Of a stretch of DNA of 42,843 nucleotides, positions 1-8,761 are shown one piece after another. Under the pieces are notes generated by a model. That model saw only the letters and a program-made list of their open reading frames with translations. It did no database searches and was not told the DNA's origin. A program made the position numbers and the translations under genes. Positions within the stretch are counted from its first letter, which is position 1, and each line of letters opens with the position of its first letter. This stretch comes from Dehalococcoidia bacterium (lineage in GTDB: Bacteria; Chloroflexota; Dehalococcoidia; UBA2979), in contig JASLOV010000063.1 in the NCBI GenBank assembly GCA_030745285.1, positions 1-42,843 of the forward strand, given 5' to 3'.

Positions 1-1933
1 CGCCCGGGATGATTGTGAACGGGGCCTGCCCGTCGCCTCTCAGGGCATAGCGATAGTCGGCGCCGCCCAGGCTCTGCGCTGCCGCGTTCAGCTGGAACTG
101 GTGGTGCATGTAGAGCGGCAGCAGCACGTACTCGAGGTCCGACATCGGCTCGCCCGGCCGGATCGCCTCGGGCCCGAAGCGCGCGAGGCCGATCCGACGC
201 ACCTCGATCTCATGCTTGAGGTGCTCGACCAGATTGGCGCCATTGTCCCAGACCGACGCCGTGGGATGGCCCGCGCCGATGAAGCGATTGTCCGTGTGCC
301 CCATATAGATGAGGCCGGCCTGGAGGCCCTCTTCCGTGATCGCTAGAAGCTCGGTGACCTCGTTGGTGCCGGCTGGATAGTGCTGGTACAGCCAGGTCAC
401 CGACAGTTCGTCGTACTCGCCGATGCGCTGGAGATACGCGTTGGACAGGTCGAGGTCCCCGGACGCGGTGATCTCCACGAGCGGCGCCGGGTAGTCCATG
501 ACGCTTTCCCGCCCGAACGCGCTGGCCATGTAGTTATGCGGGAATCCCAGGGTGTGACCGACCTCGTGCGCCGACAGTTGCCGGACCCGAGCCAGCGCCA
601 TTTCCACGGCGTCTGAGTTCTCGGCGACTTGCGCGAGATACTCAAACCCGGCGGCGCTCGACAGTCCGCAGGACTGGTAGTAGGCGCCCTGCCCGTCCAC
701 GAAGGGCGGCACGACGCCCTGGCCGTGCAGGTAGTCCTGGCGCAGCCGCAAGCTGCCCAGGTTGACGTTGCCCTTGATGATCTCGCCCGTCCGCGGATCG
801 GCGACCGACGACCCGTACGAGTAGCCGCGCGTGCGCCGATGGGTCCAGTGGATCATGTTGTAGCGGATGTCCTGCGGGTCGGCATCGGGTGGGAGAACCT
901 CGACGCGGAACGCGTCGATGTACCCCGCGGCTTCGAACGCCTGGTCCCACCAGGACGCCCCCTCGATGACGGCGCTCAGGATCGGCTCGGGGATTCCGCG
1001 ATCGACGTAGTAGACGATCGGCTCCACCGGTTCCGACCTGGCCGCACCCGGGTCGCGCTTCTCCAGGCGATGTCTGGCCACCTGCCGGACCTGCAAGGGC
1101 TGGTCGATCGGACTCGCGTAGTCGAAAATCGTGGGCCCGTTCGCCCCGACCCGAGGATCGAGCACCCGCGGGCGGTAGCCGTCGTCGGGAAGCCTCACGA
1201 ACGAGTGGTGCTGCCGGAGCGTCACGGCTTCTCCGGTCGCCGCCACGCCGTCGACCAGGGATCCCGGGTCGTCGCTGGTGAAGGTGAGGAGCGCCTCCAC
1301 CTCGGTGTTTTCCGGAAACGAGCGGGTGCGGGGCAGGTGGATCACGCTGCGATCGGCGTCCAGCTCGTAGCGGCCCTGCCCGCGCCGTGCCAATTGCTCG
1401 ACGACCCGGCGCGCGTCACGCAGGAAGAACTCCGTCCCGTCGACCAGCACGCTCGTCCCAGTCGCGGCCACGACCTCGAAGCCCCAGTGCACGGATGGGG
1501 CAAAGGCGTCGCGCACCGCCTGCACCTCATCCAGATTGTCCGAGCGCGCCTGGTAGCGATAGTTGGGCTCCATCAGGATGACGCGGGGGCCGACCCGTCG
1601 CGCCGCGAGTACGAAACTGCCGCCGAGCTGGCCGCGGTCGATCCCGACCGGATTGCTCCCCAGGCCGGAACCCATGGAGACCAGGTAGATGAACTCGGTG
1701 TCGAGCTCGTCGATCTCCCAGTACAGCCTGCCCTCGGCATCGTCCCAGTGGAGGTTGAAGAAGCCCTCCATGGCCGTCGTCCCCGCCGTCGCGTCGGCGA
1801 TGGACGGCAGCGGCTGGGCCTCGGCCGCAGAGGGGGCCGGACCCAGCAGAAGTCCACAGGCCAGCAGTCCGACCGCCCACAGCCGTGCCCCCGCCCCGAT
1901 CAGCATCTCCGCGCGACGTGATGATGTCGTCAT
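1..1933 (-). CDS. Secreted zinc-dependent metalloprotease (DUF5117/DUF4953-type zincin); the 3' end runs off the left window edge
   Basis: Absent from the supplied ORF track because it has no stop in the window. My reverse-complement translation from the ATG at 1933 stays open to position 1. A GGAGGAG Shine-Dalgarno (rc of 1938-1944) lies 4 nt upstream. The N-terminus MTTSSRRAEMLIGAGARLWAVGLLACGLLLGPAPSAAEAQ is a signal peptide. The HExxHxxGxxH motif HEVGHTLGFPHNY lies around 554-590. Codon GC3 is high throughout. Confidence 0.8.
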   Translation of the reverse strand, partial: MTTSSRRAEMLIGAGARLWAVGLLACGLLLGPAPSAAEAQPLPSIADATAGTTAMEGFFNLHWDDAEGRLYWEIDELDTEFIYLVSMGSGLGSNPVGIDRGQLGGSFVLAARRVGPRVILMEPNYRYQARSDNLDEVQAVRDAFAPSVHWGFEVVAATGTSVLVDGTEFFLRDARRVVEQLARRGQGRYELDADRSVIHLPRTRSFPENTEVEALLTFTSDDPGSLVDGVAATGEAVTLRQHHSFVRLPDDGYRPRVLDPRVGANGPTIFDYASPIDQPLQVRQVARHRLEKRDPGAARSEPVEPIVYYVDRGIPEPILSAVIEGASWWDQAFEAAGYIDAFRVEVLPPDADPQDIRYNMIHWTHRRTRGYSYGSSVADPRTGEIIKGNVNLGSLRLRQDYLHGQGVVPPFVDGQGAYYQSCGLSSAAGFEYLAQVAENSDAVEMALARVRQLSAHEVGHTLGFPHNYMASAFGRESVMDYPAPLVEITASGDLDLSNAYLQRIGEYDELSVTWLYQHYPAGTNEVTELLAITEEGLQAGLIYMGHTDNRFIGAGHPTASVWDNGANLVEHLKHEIEVRRIGLARFGPEAIRPGEPMSDLEYVLLPLYMHHQFQLNAAAQSLGGADYRYALRGDGQAPFTIIPG

Positions 1934-2051
1934 CCGGCTCCTCCATTCGCTGGCGTTCGCATCTACCGTGGCGCCAGACCGACAAGTATGTATCATGGAG
2001 CGTTTGATGAAGGGGACGATCGTCGGTCATTCATTCAAGAAGCGGGAGCGC

Positions 2052-4103
2052 ATGATGAATCGCAGGATCCTGACCCTGAGTGCCGTCTTCGTGTGCGGGT
2101 TGCAGGTGGGGGTGTCGGCTCAGGCGCCCCGACGCGCCGATCGGCCCGGGCGGGCGATCCGCCTCGACATGCCGATGACGAATTCGATCGAGCGGGCGCA
2201 CGCGGCCGGCACCCGTGACACCACCGGGCGGCCGGGCCCGAACTACTGGCAGCTGACGGCCGACTACACGATCGACGCTCGACTCGATACGGACACGCAG
2301 ACCATCACGGGCAGCGAGACGATCGTCATGCACAACGCCAGCGACGAGGCGATGACCGAGATCGTCCTGCGCCTGGACCACAACGTCTTCCGTGCGACGG
2401 TCCCTCGTGGCAGTTCGGTGCCGGCGGAGACGACCGACGGGATGATCGTAACGCGCCTCAGCGTCGACGGGCAGACCGTCGATCTCGATGCGCCCCCGCC
2501 GCCGCGCGGCCGCGGTCGCGGCTCCCAGGCCCCCGCCGGCCCGCCTCGCCTGGCGGCGTCGGGTATGGACCAGACCGTGGCGGTCGTCACGCTGGCGACG
2601 CCAATCGCTGCGGGTGCTTCGGCGACACTCGAGATCGACTGGCACACCAAGCTGCCGGGAGGCCCGAGCGGCCGGGGCCACCGGATGACGCAGCGCTGGG
2701 ACGACACGCTGTTTCAGCCGACCCAGTGGTTCCCGCGGGTGGCCAAGTTCGACGACCTCCGGGGCTGGAATTCGGGCGTGTATCTGGGACCCGCGGAGTT
2801 CTACAACAACTTCGGTCGTTTCGACGTGAGGCTGGACGTGCCGGGCGGCTGGATCGTCAGCGGCACGGGTGTGCTGCAGAATCCCGACGAGGTGCTCACG
2901 CCAACCGCCCGCGAACGGCTCGGGCGGGTGCTGGACTCGGATGCGGTGGTGACGATCGTGGGCGAGGACGAGGTCGGCCCCGGCCGATCCACGGCGCCTG
3001 GCGAGCGCCTCGTCTGGCACTTCGTCGCCGACATGGTGAACGACTTCGCGTGGGCGACCGCCGACCGGTTCATCTGGCAGGCGTCGCGGGCGACCATTCC
3101 CGAAAAAGGCCCCGTTCCGATCCACATGGTCTACCTCCCGGAGCGCGCCGACCGGTTCGAGAACGCAATCGCTCTGACGCGTCACGCGCTCGAGTTCTAC
3201 TCCGCACTCTGGGTGCCCTACCCGTTCCCGCAGCTCACCCTCCAGGACGGCCCGAGCGCGGGAATGGAGTATCCGATGGTGATCAACTCCAACCAGGGAG
3301 CGGCCGATCACGAGACCGGGCACCAGTGGTGGCCGATGATGGTCGGCACCAACGAGCGGCGCTACGGGTGGATGGACGAAGGCTTCAACTCGTACATGGG
3401 GATGTTCTCCAGAGCGCACCGCAACGGCGAAGAGCCGGATCTGGACGGCCTGGGACAGAGCTACGGCAGCATCAGCGGCGACGAGGACGAGCCGCCATCG
3501 ATGTGGGCCGCCAACTACGCCGGTTCGATGTACGGCTTCCAGACCTACCGGAAGACGCCGCTCATGCTCTCCATGCTCGGAGGGATCGTCGGCGATGCCG
3601 AGGTCCAGCAGGCGATGCGCGGGTACACGCGGGCCTGGAGCTTCAAGCATCCGTCGCCGTGGGACTATGCGTTCTTCATGAATAACGCACTAGGGCAGGA
3701 CCTGGGATGGTTCTGGTACTACTGGTTGTGGACGACCGAGTCGGTCGACGGCTCGATTCAGGACGTGGCTACAGCCGAGACCGGGTCGGAGACCGTCGTG
3801 ACCGTTCACCAGGATGGCCAGATGCCGTCGCCGGTCGTGCTGCAGGTCCGATTCTCAGAGAACGGCAGCGCACCTCGTGCGATGTCCAACGCGGAGATGG
3901 TCGACGACACGACGGCGCTCGTCACCTGGCCGGTCGACGTCTGGTTCGGAGGGAGCCGGACGTTCGACGCGCGGTTGGACTTCGGCTCGCGGGTCATCGA
4001 GGAGATCGTGCTCGATCCGTCCTGCCGGTTCCCGGATCGCGATCCGAGCGACAACGTCTGGTCACGGCAACCCGGTGCCGCGGCGACCGGTGCTTGCCGC
4101 TGA
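2052..4103 (+). CDS. M1-family (gluzincin) metallopeptidase, secreted
   Basis: Part of ORF 1689..4103. HETGHQWW, then 18 residues, then E in WMDEGFNSY gives the HExxH-x18-E signature. An AGMEYP motif replaces GxMEN. The start is moved to the ATGATG at 2052, which has GGGAG a few nt upstream and yields the signal peptide MMNRRILTLSAVFVCGLQVGVSAQA. The upstream part of the ORF overlaps the divergent gene and promoter region. Confidence 0.85.
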   Translation: MMNRRILTLSAVFVCGLQVGVSAQAPRRADRPGRAIRLDMPMTNSIERAHAAGTRDTTGRPGPNYWQLTADYTIDARLDTDTQTITGSETIVMHNASDEAMTEIVLRLDHNVFRATVPRGSSVPAETTDGMIVTRLSVDGQTVDLDAPPPPRGRGRGSQAPAGPPRLAASGMDQTVAVVTLATPIAAGASATLEIDWHTKLPGGPSGRGHRMTQRWDDTLFQPTQWFPRVAKFDDLRGWNSGVYLGPAEFYNNFGRFDVRLDVPGGWIVSGTGVLQNPDEVLTPTARERLGRVLDSDAVVTIVGEDEVGPGRSTAPGERLVWHFVADMVNDFAWATADRFIWQASRATIPEKGPVPIHMVYLPERADRFENAIALTRHALEFYSALWVPYPFPQLTLQDGPSAGMEYPMVINSNQGAADHETGHQWWPMMVGTNERRYGWMDEGFNSYMGMFSRAHRNGEEPDLDGLGQSYGSISGDEDEPPSMWAANYAGSMYGFQTYRKTPLMLSMLGGIVGDAEVQQAMRGYTRAWSFKHPSPWDYAFFMNNALGQDLGWFWYYWLWTTESVDGSIQDVATAETGSETVVTVHQDGQMPSPVVLQVRFSENGSAPRAMSNAEMVDDTTALVTWPVDVWFGGSRTFDARLDFGSRVIEEIVLDPSCRFPDRDPSDNVWSRQPGAAATGACR

Positions 4104-4193
4104 TCGGGGACGCTCGCCGGCGGGTGTCCGACGCCCAATTCGACCGCTCGCGATCGGTTGCGACCTATGGTTGAGGCCGATCGCCGGGCCAAG

Positions 4194-4221
4194 TTGACAA
4201 TCATCACATCGTTGATATATT
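4194..4221 (+). promoter_or_regulatory. Candidate sigma70-type promoter (TTGACA, 16 nt spacer, TATATT) in a local AT-rich island
   Basis: TTGACA lies at 4194-4199 and TATATT at 4216-4221. The surrounding stretch caagTTGACAatcatcacatcgttgaTATATTtcc is the most AT-rich in the first 10 kb. It lies about 240 nt upstream of the CDS starting at 4460. Confidence 0.4.
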
Positions 4222-4459
4222 TCCCCGATTCGCTAGATAGGAGCGGCAGGAATGCCGCACGAGTCGACTCGTCTCCGGTCAGACGACGCGCCGAGTTGCG
4301 CGTTTGACCCGATTCGGTCCGCGAGCCTGGCGAGCCGCTTCGTGGCGGACGTCCACGACGGGCTCTTGGCCGGACGGCTGCGGCCGGGACCTGGCGGAGT
4401 GGGTCCTCGCGAGCCACCGTGCGATAGACGGCAGAGCCTCGAGGCAGGAGTAGCGTCTC

Positions 4460-5344
4460 ATGAGCAAGTTCATCGTCGTGCCGCATATGCGGCTGCAAGA
4501 GTACGTGGCGGAAGAGAAGGGATACTTCAAAGACGAAGGCCTGGACTACGAATTCCGATCGGGCGAGCGGATCGTGGCCAGCATCAAGACGGCCGATGAG
4601 CTGCCGCCTGAGGAGTGGCGCGGCGCCTACCAGACGTTCGAAGGCGATGGCCGGGGCTGCTCGCTGAGCTCCGCGTGTCACTGGACGGTCAACATGGCCG
4701 CCTCGGCCGGCCACGGCCGGGTCTGGGGTGGGGCCTACTCGGTGAGTCCGTCGGGAATCTACGTTCCGCCCAGCTCGGACATCAAGCGGCCAGAGGACCT
4801 GGCCAACGTTCCCATCACCGTGGGGTATCAGTCGGGCAGCCACTATTCGACCATTCAGGCACTCGAGCCGTTCCTCGGGCGCGACAAGATCAAGCTGCAC
4901 TTCGGTGGCATGCTGTTCCAGCGGCTCGAGTTGCTGGTTGACCGTGAAGTTCCGGCCGGGAACGCGTTCGGCGGACCGGCCTATCTGCTCGAGCAGCTGG
5001 GTTACGTCAAGATTCTGGACACCACGTTCATGGTCGCCGCGATGGTTCAAGAGGGCGTCGACCTGGCCGACGTCGAGAAGTGCTACCGCGCGCTGAAGCG
5101 GGCGCAGGCCGATCTCGATCTCCGTCCGGAGCTGTACACCCACTACTACAAGAACATCTTGCCGAAGCGCTTCCACGATCTGATGGACACCCGCACCTTC
5201 GGTCCGGGTGAGCGGATCGTGTTCCAGCCGTACTCGAAGGAGATGTTCGACGCGACCCAGAAGTGGGTCGAGCAGTGGCAGATCTTCTCAGACGACAAGA
5301 TGGGCAGCGACAAGTACGAGGAGGCCGTGGTCGCGGCTGGCTAG
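4460..5344 (+). CDS. Cytoplasmic NMT1/THI5-like (periplasmic-binding-protein fold) protein; possibly a non-transport enzyme such as a dihydroxyphthalate-decarboxylase-like protein
   Basis: 294-aa ORF with no signal peptide. The N-terminus MSKFIVVPHMRLQEYVAEEKGYFKDEGLDYEF is typical of NMT1/SsuA-like folds. GC3 is high. It sits 35 nt upstream of a LigB-like gene. The specific function is uncertain. Confidence 0.65.
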   Translation: MSKFIVVPHMRLQEYVAEEKGYFKDEGLDYEFRSGERIVASIKTADELPPEEWRGAYQTFEGDGRGCSLSSACHWTVNMAASAGHGRVWGGAYSVSPSGIYVPPSSDIKRPEDLANVPITVGYQSGSHYSTIQALEPFLGRDKIKLHFGGMLFQRLELLVDREVPAGNAFGGPAYLLEQLGYVKILDTTFMVAAMVQEGVDLADVEKCYRALKRAQADLDLRPELYTHYYKNILPKRFHDLMDTRTFGPGERIVFQPYSKEMFDATQKWVEQWQIFSDDKMGSDKYEEAVVAAG

Positions 5345-5379
5345 CCGGCTTCCGCCGCACGACGACGGGGAGAGCGGGA

Positions 5380-6390
5380 ATGGCAAGGATCGTGTTCGGG
5401 CTGGGCAGTTCACATGGGCCGCTGTTGTCGACCCCGCCCGACCTCTGGACGGGTCGGGTCGAGGCAGACAAGCAGAATCCAGCCCACCCCTTTCAGGGGG
5501 GCACCTACACGTTCGATGAGTTGGCGAAGCTCCGCGCGCCCGAGCAACTGGCGGCGCAAGCCTCGCTGGAGGAGCGCACCAAACGGCACGCGACATGCCA
5601 GACGGCCATTGCCACGCTCGCCGAGCGCTTCGCGGCGGCCAAGCTGGATGTCGTCGTGATCGTCGGGAACGATCAACGGGAGATGTTCAAGGAAGAGTTG
5701 ACGCCGCCGTTCAGCGTCTTCCACGGCGAGTCGGTCGAGAACATCCCGATCTCGAAGGAGCGGCTGGCCAAGCTGCCGCCCGGGCTGGGCGCATCATACT
5801 GGGCGAACAGCCCGCCGGAGAAGGCGGTCTACCCGTGCGTGCCGGCGCTCGGTGAGCACATCCTGCAGACCGCCGTGCAGGACAGCTTCGACGTCGCCTC
5901 GATGAAGGGGCTGCCCGAAGGGCCGCGGGACCACAAGGGGCTGCCCCACGCCTTCGGCTTCATCTACCGGCGCATCATGAACGACGCGGCCGTGCCCTCG
6001 GTCCCAGTCGTGCTCAACACGTTCTTCCCGCCGAACCAGCCGAGCGTGGAGCGCTGCTTCGAGTTCGGACGGATGATCGGACGCGCCGTCACGTCATGGG
6101 GTGAAGAGGCCCGTGTCGGGGTGGTGGCTTCCGGCGGCCTGAGTCATTTCGTCATCGACGAGCAGTTCGACGAGCAGTTCCTGGCCGCTCTGAAGACGGG
6201 GGACAAGGCGCAGTTGGCGGCGATCCCGCCCGATCGGTTCCGCTCGGGGACTTCCGAGGCCAAGAACTGGGTCACCACCGCCGGCGTCCTCGCCGAGGCG
6301 AACCTCGAGATGACGGTCGTCGACTATGTCCCGTGCTACCGGTCCGAAGCGGGGACCGGCAACGCCATGGGGTTCACGGTCTGGGGCTAA
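5380..6390 (+). CDS. LigB-superfamily (class III extradiol ring-cleavage dioxygenase-like) protein
   Basis: Internal ATG of ORF 5263..6390 with GGGAGAG upstream. Motifs align by eye with LigB/MhpB: GSSHGP (N-terminal His ligand), GGLSHFV (catalytic His) and SGTSEAKNW (Glu ligand region). The conserved (N/P)-D-H ligand motif reads GNDQ here (see findings). Confidence 0.75.
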   Translation: MARIVFGLGSSHGPLLSTPPDLWTGRVEADKQNPAHPFQGGTYTFDELAKLRAPEQLAAQASLEERTKRHATCQTAIATLAERFAAAKLDVVVIVGNDQREMFKEELTPPFSVFHGESVENIPISKERLAKLPPGLGASYWANSPPEKAVYPCVPALGEHILQTAVQDSFDVASMKGLPEGPRDHKGLPHAFGFIYRRIMNDAAVPSVPVVLNTFFPPNQPSVERCFEFGRMIGRAVTSWGEEARVGVVASGGLSHFVIDEQFDEQFLAALKTGDKAQLAAIPPDRFRSGTSEAKNWVTTAGVLAEANLEMTVVDYVPCYRSEAGTGNAMGFTVWG

Positions 6391-6407
6391 CCCGCGGTCG
6401 GGGCGTT

Positions 6408-7223
6408 CTAGAGGAAGTTCGTCGGCCAGATCAGCGTTCGCCACTGGTGCGACACCGGCGTGTTGTCGAACCCGAGGCCTTCCTCGGGCTGCTTGAAGTG
6501 GCGGCCGATGATGTCGACGAACAGTTCCAAGCTCGGATTCGCGTCGGGGTCGAAAGAGTAGATGTCGTTGATGCAGATCTGCCGCGCGGTCATGTACCAC
6601 CGGTGGTTCTGGGCGTACTCCGCATCTCTCTGAATATGAGGCTCCGGCTTGTAGTCGGTGCCGAAGTAGCGGATGTAGGCCTCCGGGTACTCGTAGCCGG
6701 CGGCGAGGTCGGGATAGAAGCGCAGCGCCTGGTGGTAGCGGACCGCCCAGCTGACGCGCTCCGACACGTAGGGTTCGATGAGCGCCGCACCCCAGTAGCC
6801 ATGCTCCGATCGAGACAGCGCGAAGACGCCGATGTCGTGCAGCAGGCACGCCAGGACCGTCTCCTCGTCGAGGCCGGCCTTCAGCGCGAGCGCGCCGCTC
6901 TGCAGCAGGTGGCTGGCGGGCGCGAACCGGTACTTGAAGAAATCGATGAGTGTCGGTTTGTCCGGAATCCGAGGCAGCCGCGGATCGTGGCCCATCTGAA
7001 AGTGCCGGCCCTGGTTCCGCTCGCTCGCCTCGGCTCGGGCCGCGACGATGTCGGCTTGCGGCGTGCCGAACTGGCAGAATCGCGACCGCACGATCACGCC
7101 CTCCTCCAGTTCCTGCATCATCCGCTCTTCCAGCGCCTCGGCCTGCTGGGAGATCGACAAGGCATAGCCCGCGCCGGCCGCTGCGCCCGTGGTCAGAAAC
7201 TTTCTCCGGTCCATGTGATTCAT
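6408..7223 (-). CDS. HD-domain metal-dependent phosphohydrolase-like protein with a twin-arginine (Tat) signal
   Basis: The Tat motif is MNHMDRRKFLTTGAAAGAGYALS. The HD motif is CLLHDIG, with an upstream His in ASHLL. The second ATG at 7214 (MDRRKFL) has GAGG 9 nt upstream and may be the true start. Confidence 0.75.
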   Translation of the reverse strand: MNHMDRRKFLTTGAAAGAGYALSISQQAEALEERMMQELEEGVIVRSRFCQFGTPQADIVAARAEASERNQGRHFQMGHDPRLPRIPDKPTLIDFFKYRFAPASHLLQSGALALKAGLDEETVLACLLHDIGVFALSRSEHGYWGAALIEPYVSERVSWAVRYHQALRFYPDLAAGYEYPEAYIRYFGTDYKPEPHIQRDAEYAQNHRWYMTARQICINDIYSFDPDANPSLELFVDIIGRHFKQPEEGLGFDNTPVSHQWRTLIWPTNFL

Positions 7224-7267
7224 CCTCGTGGGCTTGGGCGAGCGTCATCGACCCGCTCGTTCGTGCC

Positions 7268-8587
7268 TCACTCTACAGGGTCGGTCGAAACGTTGGCAAG
7301 TGAACCGGGCGCTTCGTCTTCGCTCTCGGTCTCGTTCTCGATCCGGGCGGCGCGTTCCGCACGCCGCGTGGCACGCGTCACCCGGCGCGCCAGGAAGTGC
7401 ACGGTGACGAGGTTGACGAATCGGCCCGTCGCGAGCGACGCCAGGGCGCCGGCGATGCCGTAGGTGGGGATGAACAGTGCCGCGCCGCCGAGTGCGGCGA
7501 TGGCACCCGCCGCGCGCGCGACGAACATCGCGCGGGACTGGCGCAGGACCAGGAGCTGTGTGTTCTTTGGCTGGATCAACAGGTTGAGGAACGACGCGAT
7601 CGTCCATAGCCGGAGTTCGAGGACGTAGTCGGTGAAGGCATCGCCGTAGAAGGCACCGAGCGTCCACGGCGCGGCGAGGAAGAGCAGCAACAAATAGGGA
7701 CCGGCCAAGACGACCATGTAGGTGCGCGTGCTGCGCACCGACCGGACCAGGCCGGCGACGCCGTCGGTGCCGTAGTGGGCGCCGGCGCGCACCTTGTCGA
7801 AGCTGTCGGTGGAGGTCACCAGCGTCTGGGCCGGCACGACCATCTGGCGCGTGGCCGACATCACGCCGGCGGCCGCCGCGCCCTGGATCGAGGCCAGGAG
7901 CAGGTTCATCCCGTGGTTGAACGTGGCGCCGACGGCGAAGCTCAAGGCCGTCCAGCTCGAGAACGACCGCGTGTCCGCCCAGCAGCGCAGCGGGTTGCGG
8001 GTGGGCGTCCAGCGGGCGGGTCGCATGAACGGCACGGCGGCCAGCAGGCCGGAGGCACTGGCGGCGGTGAACGAGAGTACGGCGGCCCACGGCGTCGGAT
8101 ACCAGGTGCGCGTCACGGCGATGGCGACGGCGTAGGCCAGCACGTAGGCGACGACCACGACGATGAGGCCGCGGCGCTGGCCGATCTGGTAGAGCCAGCG
8201 ACGATGGAACATGTAGACCGACAGCGTGGGCAGCGTGACGCTCGTGTAGGTGAGGATCGTCGCCAGCGACGGCGGGCCGCCGACGGCGGCGACGAACTGG
8301 GCCACCAGCAGCAGCCCGCCCGCGAGTGCGGCGGCGATCAGGTAGTTCAGCCAGAGCCACGTCGGACCATCGTCGCGGAGCCGCTCGGGCGAGTTGCACG
8401 TGATGATGAACGGCAGCACGACGAGGTGATGCTGCAGCTGGTTGGTCATGTAGGACAACGTCAGCGCCAGCGTGAACGCGCCGAAACTGTCGGGCGGGAG
8501 GACCCGGGCGAAGACCATGAATGCGACGATGCGAACCAGGGCGACCGACCCCTGGTCGGCGAGCGCGACGCCGCGCTCGGCGTTCAT
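7268..8587 (-). CDS. Polysaccharide/oligosaccharide flippase-like membrane protein (MOP/Wzx superfamily)
   Basis: This is the C-terminal 439 codons of ORF 7268..9772. It has many hydrophobic helices. The N-terminus RIVAFMVFARVLPPDSFGAFTLALTL resembles the Wzx ARxLxPxxFG motif. The ORF upstream of 8587 is antisense to a well-supported plus-strand gene. An alternative GTG start lies at 8626. Confidence 0.7.
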   Translation of the reverse strand: MNAERGVALADQGSVALVRIVAFMVFARVLPPDSFGAFTLALTLSYMTNQLQHHLVVLPFIITCNSPERLRDDGPTWLWLNYLIAAALAGGLLLVAQFVAAVGGPPSLATILTYTSVTLPTLSVYMFHRRWLYQIGQRRGLIVVVVAYVLAYAVAIAVTRTWYPTPWAAVLSFTAASASGLLAAVPFMRPARWTPTRNPLRCWADTRSFSSWTALSFAVGATFNHGMNLLLASIQGAAAAGVMSATRQMVVPAQTLVTSTDSFDKVRAGAHYGTDGVAGLVRSVRSTRTYMVVLAGPYLLLLFLAAPWTLGAFYGDAFTDYVLELRLWTIASFLNLLIQPKNTQLLVLRQSRAMFVARAAGAIAALGGAALFIPTYGIAGALASLATGRFVNLVTVHFLARRVTRATRRAERAARIENETESEDEAPGSLANVSTDPVE

Positions 8588-8761
8588 TTCGAAGGTGGGG
8601 AAGTGGCGAATGGCTCGTCGGATCACGTGTAGCAGTCTGCGGGTTGCCCGGTCGCAGTGGGCAGCCCTCGATCGTAGCGCCTCGTGCCGAGCCGCGCCAG
8701 TGCTCGGCGGCGTCGGCTCGTGCGCTTCTGACGAATCGGGTGTGAGGGAGGGAGGAGCGTA

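Noticed and set aside
1689-2051. The upstream extension of the M1 peptidase ORF (start at 1689).
   Set aside because: It overlaps the divergent metalloprotease gene and promoter region and has no signal peptide. The ATG at 2052 gives a canonical signal peptide and has an SD.
2031-3650. Long antisense or alternative-frame ORFs throughout the window. Examples: 2031..3650 -, 3806..5176 -, 6094..7248 -, 6333..7463 +, 7245..8399 -, 9628..11796 -, 11424..12563 +, 23706..25163 -, 25891..27813 +, 32733..34853 +, 39838..41292 +.
   Set aside because: Their translations are Arg/Gly/Pro/Ala-rich low-complexity strings with no motifs. Each lies opposite or out of frame to a gene with clear family signatures. 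Such stop-poor shadow frames are expected in very GC-rich DNA.
4222-4459. A TPP (THI-box) riboswitch upstream of the NMT1/THI5-like gene.
   Set aside because: I could not find the conserved CUGAGA and ACCUGAUCUGGAUAAUGCCAGCG-like elements in either strand. The leader may still be regulatory, but it is not a recognisable THI-box.
4252-4599. The 115-aa ORF with a GGAG SD in the leader region, as a real gene.
   Set aside because: It overlaps the well-supported downstream CDS by 140 nt in another frame. It has no recognisable domain, and its 3' half loses the G/C third-position bias. It is kept only as a possible leader peptide in the leader finding.
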